A stretch of DNA of 64,000 nt from Pseudomonadota bacterium (GTDB taxonomy: Bacteria; Bdellovibrionota_C; UBA2361; OMII01): NCBI GenBank assembly GCA_038134595.1, contig JAYPVM010000001.1, positions 382,035 to 446,034 on the forward strand, written 5' to 3'. Position 1 is the stretch's first letter. The number at the start of each line of letters is the position of its first letter. The translations under genes and the position numbers were made by a program. The notes beneath the pieces were generated by a model. It saw only the letters and a program-made list of their open reading frames with translations, had not been told where the DNA came from and made no database searches. This document shows, one piece after another, positions 58,834 through 64,000 of this stretch.

Positions 58834-59720
58834 CGCATGCCTCCCTTAGTATTGAGCCGATGCAACAAACCGTGAGATGTTCCAAAGAGAAGTGAAACAA
58901 TAAAGAAAGATGCCGCAGTTAGGACTATCAAAGGCCCGGTTGGAAGTCCGGAGAAGGAAGGTGATGAGGGCATTAGCGCACTAATGGCAGTTCCAATCAA
59001 TGCAGAGAGCATACCAAATAGGGCTGATAGTGCTGCCATATATCGAATATTATCTGTCCAAAGGCGTGCACTGGCGGGTGGTATGATAAGTAGCGCGACG
59101 ATTAAAACAGCGCCAACAGCAGGTAATCCAGCGGCGGTACAGAAGCACAGGATAGTCATTAGGATTAGGTCAAGGAGGAGGGGAGAGAAGCCTTGGGAGG
59201 CCCCGAAGTTTTGATCGAAGCACAGGATTACAAACTCCTTGAACATGAGGCCAATTACAGAGATGCAAAAGAGTGAGACTCCGACTACGACGTAGAGGTC
59301 TTGCTGAATGATTGTGGAAGCGTTTCCGAAGATATAGCTTTCGATACCAGCTTTGTTTCCAATAGGGCTTGTTTGAATCATCTTTGATAGTGCAAGTCCG
59401 CCTGCAAAGAAGGTGCTGAGAGCCAAGGCTGTGGCTGCGTCCTCTTTAATTTTTGTTCGCGCACACAATGCCGAAACAAGCCAGGCGCTCAAGAGTCCCG
59501 AGAAGATTGCTCCAAGCGATAGTACAAAAAAGTCTCTCGTATGAGACATAAGAAATGCTGTGCAAATTCCCGGAAGCGAGGCGTGGGCGACACAATCTCC
59601 GATTAAAGAGCGACGCCTAAGAAGTGTAAACAATCCAACTATTCCACTGGCCATTCCTAACAGCATTGTGCTTATAAGCACTATTCTTGAGTTGTATGAA
59701 TCAAGGAGTAGCAGGCTCAT
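58830..59720 (-). CDS. Mn/Zn ABC permease (TroC/MntC-like)
   Basis: GDCVAHASLPG, YIFGNA, LIIPPASARLWT, PTGP. Confidence 0.92.
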   Translation of the reverse strand: MSLLLLDSYNSRIVLISTMLLGMASGIVGLFTLLRRRSLIGDCVAHASLPGICTAFLMSHTRDFFVLSLGAIFSGLLSAWLVSALCARTKIKEDAATALALSTFFAGGLALSKMIQTSPIGNKAGIESYIFGNASTIIQQDLYVVVGVSLFCISVIGLMFKEFVILCFDQNFGASQGFSPLLLDLILMTILCFCTAAGLPAVGAVLIVALLIIPPASARLWTDNIRYMAALSALFGMLSALIGTAISALMPSSPSFSGLPTGPLIVLTAASFFIVSLLFGTSHGLLHRLNTKGGMR

Positions 59721-59725
59721 GGTGG

Positions 59726-60523
59726 TTATCCTTTCACTTCCGTTTCGGAGTCTTGCGTATGGCGTTGTTGGCCGGTACGCACTGCTTCAGTCACCTGGTC
59801 GAGAATGGTAAGTCGTCCTCCAAAGGTTTTCTGTAGATTTTCTGCCGTGAAGACATCTTGGACTTTCCCGCAGGCGATAAGGCGAAGGTTTAAGAGAATC
59901 ACAGAGTCAAAATAGCTCGGAATCGTTTGAAGATCGTGATGAACGGCAACGATAGTTTTTCCATCTTTTTGTAGGCCTTTGAGTATGTCAACGATGGTGT
60001 TTTCTGTTGCGGCATCGATGCCTGCAAAGGGTTCATCCATAAGATAGATATCAGGTTGTTGGGCAAGTGCTCGTGCAATAAAGATCCGTTGTTGTTGGCC
60101 GCCGGAGAGCTGGCTTATCTGACGTTTTGCGTATTCAGTCATTTGAACTTTATCAAGACATTCTGCAACGATTTTGCGGTCGTATTTGGATGGCCGGCGA
60201 AAAAGACCCAAGCGTCCGTATCTTCCCATTAAAACAACTTCTTCGACCGAGATTGGAAAATCCCAATCTACTGATTCGCGCTGAGGGACATACCCAATCG
60301 AACGTACGGCACGTTTTGCAGTGCTGTCAAAGATAGAAACATAGCCACTCGTTGGTTGTAAAAGGCCCATGGCGGCCTTTAGAAGAGTTGATTTGCCAGC
60401 GCCGTTAGGCCCTACGATCGCGGTTAACGATCCGCTCGATACGGTGAGATCGATGTCCCACAAGACGGGTTTCTGATCGTAGGTGACGCACAGGTCATGG
60501 ACTTCGATAGCTGTTGGCTGCAT
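59726..60523 (-). CDS. Metal ABC transporter ATPase (TroB/MntB-like)
   Basis: GPNGAGKST, YVPQRESVDWDFP, LSGGQQQR, MDEP, VHHD. Confidence 0.95.
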   Translation of the reverse strand: MQPTAIEVHDLCVTYDQKPVLWDIDLTVSSGSLTAIVGPNGAGKSTLLKAAMGLLQPTSGYVSIFDSTAKRAVRSIGYVPQRESVDWDFPISVEEVVLMGRYGRLGLFRRPSKYDRKIVAECLDKVQMTEYAKRQISQLSGGQQQRIFIARALAQQPDIYLMDEPFAGIDAATENTIVDILKGLQKDGKTIVAVHHDLQTIPSYFDSVILLNLRLIACGKVQDVFTAENLQKTFGGRLTILDQVTEAVRTGQQRHTQDSETEVKG

Positions 60524-60535
60524 GTGGTAGTTTCC

Positions 60536-61462
60536 TTATAATTTCCTTCCTAGTCCAGCGACGATCGTGGCAACGTTTCTCTTTATCATACTCTGATAGG
60601 TGTCGCCCGGCGTGCCTGGCTCACCTAATGCATCGCCTAAAAGTTGTCCGCCTAATTGCACCTGATGGCCTTGGGCGGCTGCGCCCGCTATGAGCGCGTG
60701 AATGCTTTTGGGAGAAATTGTATTTTCAATAAAAACAGCCGGTACTTTTTTTGAATCGATGGTCTTTATAAGTGTATTGATACCGTGAAGACTCGCCTCG
60801 CTTTCGGTGCTTATGCCCTGAATTGCGAGCACTTCAATGTCATAAGCACGACCAAAATATCCAAATGCATCGTGGGCAGTGACCAGAATGCGCTGATGTT
60901 TTGGTATTGAGCGGATCTGTAGGAGCGCCCATTTGTGTAGCTCTTGAAGTTCTTTTGACCATTGGAGGAAGCGTTTCGTTATCGATTCTTTGTGTTGTGG
61001 TAGCAGTGTGACGATATCACTGTATATTGAGTTGCTTGCCCGTTCCCAGAGAGAGACATTAAGCCATATGTGAGGGTCAATAATACCTTGGCCTTGTTGC
61101 GATGTTATGAGTAGTTGAGAAGGAAGAGATGATGCAGCTGAAATGACCGGTTTTTTCGAGGAGAGTTTTTGCAAGAGCTCCGACATTTTGCCTTCAAGGT
61201 GCAAGCCATTGTGAATTATTATATCTGCCCGCATGAGTGAACGGAGGTCTCGCGGCGAGGGAGAATAGAGGTGTGGATCGACTCCAGCTTGCATTAAACT
61301 TGTTACCCCACAAACATCTCCAAGGAGAGCGCTCGTTGTATCGGCTATAATGGTGGTGGTTGTCACGATGTTGCATTGCGCAGCGTCTGAGGCAAGTGAT
61401 TGCTGGTAGGTGAGGGCAATGCTTGCGACGATGGTTGTAAGAAAACTTGCAAGTCGTTTCAT
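60536..61462 (-). CDS. Metal ABC substrate-binding protein (TroA/MntA-like)
   Basis: GVDPHLY, NGLHLEG, DPHIW, TAHDAFGYFG, GDALG; signal peptide. Confidence 0.94.
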   Translation of the reverse strand: MKRLASFLTTIVASIALTYQQSLASDAAQCNIVTTTTIIADTTSALLGDVCGVTSLMQAGVDPHLYSPSPRDLRSLMRADIIIHNGLHLEGKMSELLQKLSSKKPVISAASSLPSQLLITSQQGQGIIDPHIWLNVSLWERASNSIYSDIVTLLPQHKESITKRFLQWSKELQELHKWALLQIRSIPKHQRILVTAHDAFGYFGRAYDIEVLAIQGISTESEASLHGINTLIKTIDSKKVPAVFIENTISPKSIHALIAGAAAQGHQVQLGGQLLGDALGEPGTPGDTYQSMIKRNVATIVAGLGRKL

Positions 61463-61496
61463 ATAGGTGTGCGTTCCAAAGATTATCCTATACTTA

Positions 61497-61518
61497 AAGT
61501 GTAGCACAGGCTACAATT
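61497..61518. promoter_or_regulatory. MntR box
   Basis: AAGTGTAGC-ACAG-GCTACAATT, the TAGC-N4-GCTA palindrome known for MntR boxes, lying between troA and mntR. Confidence 0.8.
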
Positions 61519-61571
61519 AAAAGACATCTTTAATCAAAGCTCCCTAACCGATAAGGTATTGAGGCGAAAGT

Positions 61572-62006
61572 ATGGGCAACACGGTAAAGCGATTCAAGAA
61601 AACTCGGGAGGCGAGAGCGCAAGAGGTGGCTCAAGACTATGTTGAGGCTATCGCCGAGTTAATCGAGGAAACTGGTACTGCAAGAGTTATTGATTTGGCC
61701 CGAAAATTCGGAGTAAGCCACGTTACGGTCAATAGAACAATAGCTCGATTGAGTAAGCAAGATTTAGTGACCTCCGAGGCTTATAAGGCTATCGAATTAA
61801 CGCCTCGGGGCAAAACGTTGGCCCATACGGTTAAAGAAAGACACGCGGTTGTCTTACAGTTTTTAATCGATATGGGGGTTCCGAGAGAGGTTGCGGTTAT
61901 TGATGCAGAAGGAATTGAGCATCATGTAAGTCGAAGAACTCTGGAGGCTTTCAAAAGATTTAGTACATCGCGCAATCAGCTGACTTTACACTCAAATAAA
62001 GAGTAG
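61572..62006 (+). CDS. mntR: Manganese-responsive regulator MntR (DtxR family)
   Basis: AQDYVEAI, DLARKFGVSHVTV, RHAVVLQFL, DAEGIEHHVS. Confidence 0.92.
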   Translation: MGNTVKRFKKTREARAQEVAQDYVEAIAELIEETGTARVIDLARKFGVSHVTVNRTIARLSKQDLVTSEAYKAIELTPRGKTLAHTVKERHAVVLQFLIDMGVPREVAVIDAEGIEHHVSRRTLEAFKRFSTSRNQLTLHSNKE

Positions 62007-62058
62007 GGTATACGAAATACTCCGTAGCTGATTCTGTCTCTATTTGGTGCATTTTTCT

Positions 62059-62979
62059 ATGGTAGATTGGTTGTCCTACGTCTGTTTTCGAGTTGTGTAT
62101 CAACTGCTGGGAGCGATTCCCCATCGGATTCTTGTCGCGCTCTTCGGCGGAGTCTGGTTGTTACTGTTTAAATTAGTTCCCCGCCTTAAGTCCACTATTG
62201 AGAGTAATCTTAAGATTGCATTTCCCGGCCGAGATAGGGCGTGGTATCGTGGTTTGATATCAAGACATGCTCGTGAGATGGGTCGTTTGACAGCCGATAT
62301 TATTCGATTGCCCTCTATTGACGAGCAGTGGGTTCGACGCAATGTCGAGTTTCGGGGCGAAGGGAGTTATCGTTCTGCGCATCGGGAGCGCGGAGTTTTA
62401 ATTGCCACAGGACATTTGGGAAGCTTTGAGCTACTGGGGTACATTGTGGGATTGCGCGGGACGCCAGTTGCAGCGATTGCGCGTCGATTTAAGTCTGAGC
62501 GACTCAATGCTTGGTGGGAGAGAATGCGATGTGCTAGTGGCAATTCAATAATTGACCGCAATGGCGCATTTAAAAAGATGATACGAGCTCTAGAAAAGAA
62601 CGTTTCTGTGGCGGTATTGTTCGATCAGAATGTGAAGCGAAAGCACGCGGAGTTTGTTCCCTGGTTTTCATCTCTTGCCGCCACAACGAAGTCTCTGGCA
62701 GTGGCGTGTCTTCAAACTGATTGTCCAGTTTTTATCGCTAGTATTAAGTACGGTGCAGGAGACGGTAAGTATCATATTTTGTTGGAGGAGCTGGATATCT
62801 GGGATGTTCGGCGTGATACAGATATTTCGGAGGGGGATAAAATTAATAGAATTACCGCCGAAATATCAAATGCATTTTGTGCCCGTATTACAGAGTTTCC
62901 AGAGGGTTGGTTCTGGACACATCGACGGTGGAAGACAAGGCCCGATGGAGAAGAGAAGTCGCCTTATTCCTCGAAATAG
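62059..62979 (+). CDS. Lipid A late acyltransferase (LpxL/HtrB family)
   Basis: TGHLGSFE, LFDQN, PEGWFWTHRRWKTRP. Confidence 0.9.
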   Translation: MVDWLSYVCFRVVYQLLGAIPHRILVALFGGVWLLLFKLVPRLKSTIESNLKIAFPGRDRAWYRGLISRHAREMGRLTADIIRLPSIDEQWVRRNVEFRGEGSYRSAHRERGVLIATGHLGSFELLGYIVGLRGTPVAAIARRFKSERLNAWWERMRCASGNSIIDRNGAFKKMIRALEKNVSVAVLFDQNVKRKHAEFVPWFSSLAATTKSLAVACLQTDCPVFIASIKYGAGDGKYHILLEELDIWDVRRDTDISEGDKINRITAEISNAFCARITEFPEGWFWTHRRWKTRPDGEEKSPYSSK

Positions 62980-63071
62980 TACGACAACACCGATAGTGCT
63001 TTGCATTGGTTGAAGATATAAGGTAGCGTTTGACGCGTATAGCGTGCGCTGAGAGATAGAGAGATTTTCTT

Positions 63072-63617
63072 ATGAATGGCAAGCAGTTGCGTATCCCTGA
63101 GGTGGTGCTTTTCGAGCCAACGGTATTTGGCGATGACAGGGGATTTTTCTTTGAAAGCTTCAATCAACGCCGATTTGAAGAGCTAATTGGCGAAAGCGTT
63201 TCCTTTGTGCAGGATAACCATTCGCGTTCGCAACACGGTGTCCTCAGAGGGTTGCATTATCAGATTAAACATCCACAGGGGAAATTAGTTCGGGTAGCAT
63301 CGGGTGAGATTTTTGATGTGGCTGTCGATCTAAGAAAGACTTCTCCTACCTTTGGTATGTGGGCGGGTGATATCTTAAGTGCAGAAAACAAGCGACAGTT
63401 ATGGGTCCCGGCTGGATTTGCGCATGGATTTTTGGTTCTCTCGGATTCAGCTGATGTGTTGTACAAGACAACAGATTTCTATTACAAAGAATTTGACAGG
63501 GGTATTCGTTGGGATGACCCCACGTTGGCGATAGATTGGCCAGAAGTTACCGACATTCTGCTCTCTGACAAAGATAAGATAGCTCCAATGTTTACCGAGT
63601 GTGAGGTGTATCCTTAG
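63072..63617 (+). CDS. rmlC: dTDP-4-dehydrorhamnose 3,5-epimerase
   Basis: FGDDRGFFFESF, VQDNHS, VLRGLHYQ, FAHGF. Confidence 0.97.
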   Translation: MNGKQLRIPEVVLFEPTVFGDDRGFFFESFNQRRFEELIGESVSFVQDNHSRSQHGVLRGLHYQIKHPQGKLVRVASGEIFDVAVDLRKTSPTFGMWAGDILSAENKRQLWVPAGFAHGFLVLSDSADVLYKTTDFYYKEFDRGIRWDDPTLAIDWPEVTDILLSDKDKIAPMFTECEVYP

Positions 63618-63641
63618 TAAGGCTACGCGACTTGGTTGCTG

Positions 63642-64000
63642 TTATTGTTTTGTTGGTATAGTTAAGATCCAATCAGTAAAACGGTTTATGGTGCCCGTTA
63701 CGCCTAGGTCTTCAAGCCGATTGTATCCCCCGATATTGCCTGCGTTTATCTCTGTAAGAGTCCAGACTCCATCGTTGTCCTGCAAGAAATCGTAGCCCAA
63801 AGTTTTCATGCCTCTGGATGTGTATTCGGGAGCTGTTTGGCGAATAATCTCTTCCTCGTGAGGGAGTACTTCGCAAAGCTCTGCGTAGCCACCTTGAGAG
63901 ATGTTGTTGACCCAAGTATTTCCCGATGAGCGTCTAATGTATGCACCGTAAATTTGGTCTTCAACGACGATTATGCGCTTATCGCCCTCGGAGGCTCTTT
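63642..64000 (-). CDS. Glutathione-synthetase-like ATP-grasp ligase, 3' part (runs off the window; absent from the ORF track)
   Basis: Manual translation: GDKRIIVV...WVNNISQGG...LGYDFL.D..G.W.LTEINAGNIGG. Confidence 0.75.
   Translation of the reverse strand, partial: RASEGDKRIIVVEDQIYGAYIRRSSGNTWVNNISQGGYAELCEVLPHEEEIIRQTAPEYTSRGMKTLGYDFLQDNDGVWTLTEINAGNIGGYNRLEDLGVTGTINRFTDWILTIPTKQ

Overview
A 64-kb bacterial chromosomal window from a diderm (lipid A acyltransferase, OM beta-barrel, lipoproteins). I did not compute GC content or taxonomy. Housekeeping genes (hisS, ITPase, RsmB/F-type methylase, suhB, pgl, ppiD-like, gatCAB, TroABCD/MntR, lpxL-like, rmlC) alternate with eroded mobile DNA. 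Main candidate system (19580-37201): a seven-gene, ~25-heme trans-envelope redox cluster of unknown function. It encodes a flavo-oxidoreductase fused to two cNMP-binding domains and a 4x[4Fe-4S] ferredoxin, a His-rich membrane protein, an FHA-decaheme fusion, a pentaheme c554-like cytochrome, a tandem GlcG/HbpS lipoprotein, an OM beta-barrel and a decaheme-LVIVD protein. A 3.8-kb accessory insert splits it. Other structures read directly from the sequence: a decayed three-cassette integron array without integrase (8142-10383); two integrase-less, border-matched modules (AbiE TA, Fic) stacked behind a tRNA-His 3' remnant (48719-52927); a MITE with CTAG flanks; RAYT/Y1-like and IS91-like transposase relics; and candidate operators for a DUF6502 protein, two Fic genes, AbiEi and MntR. 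All family assignments come from motif recognition by eye, not from database searches.
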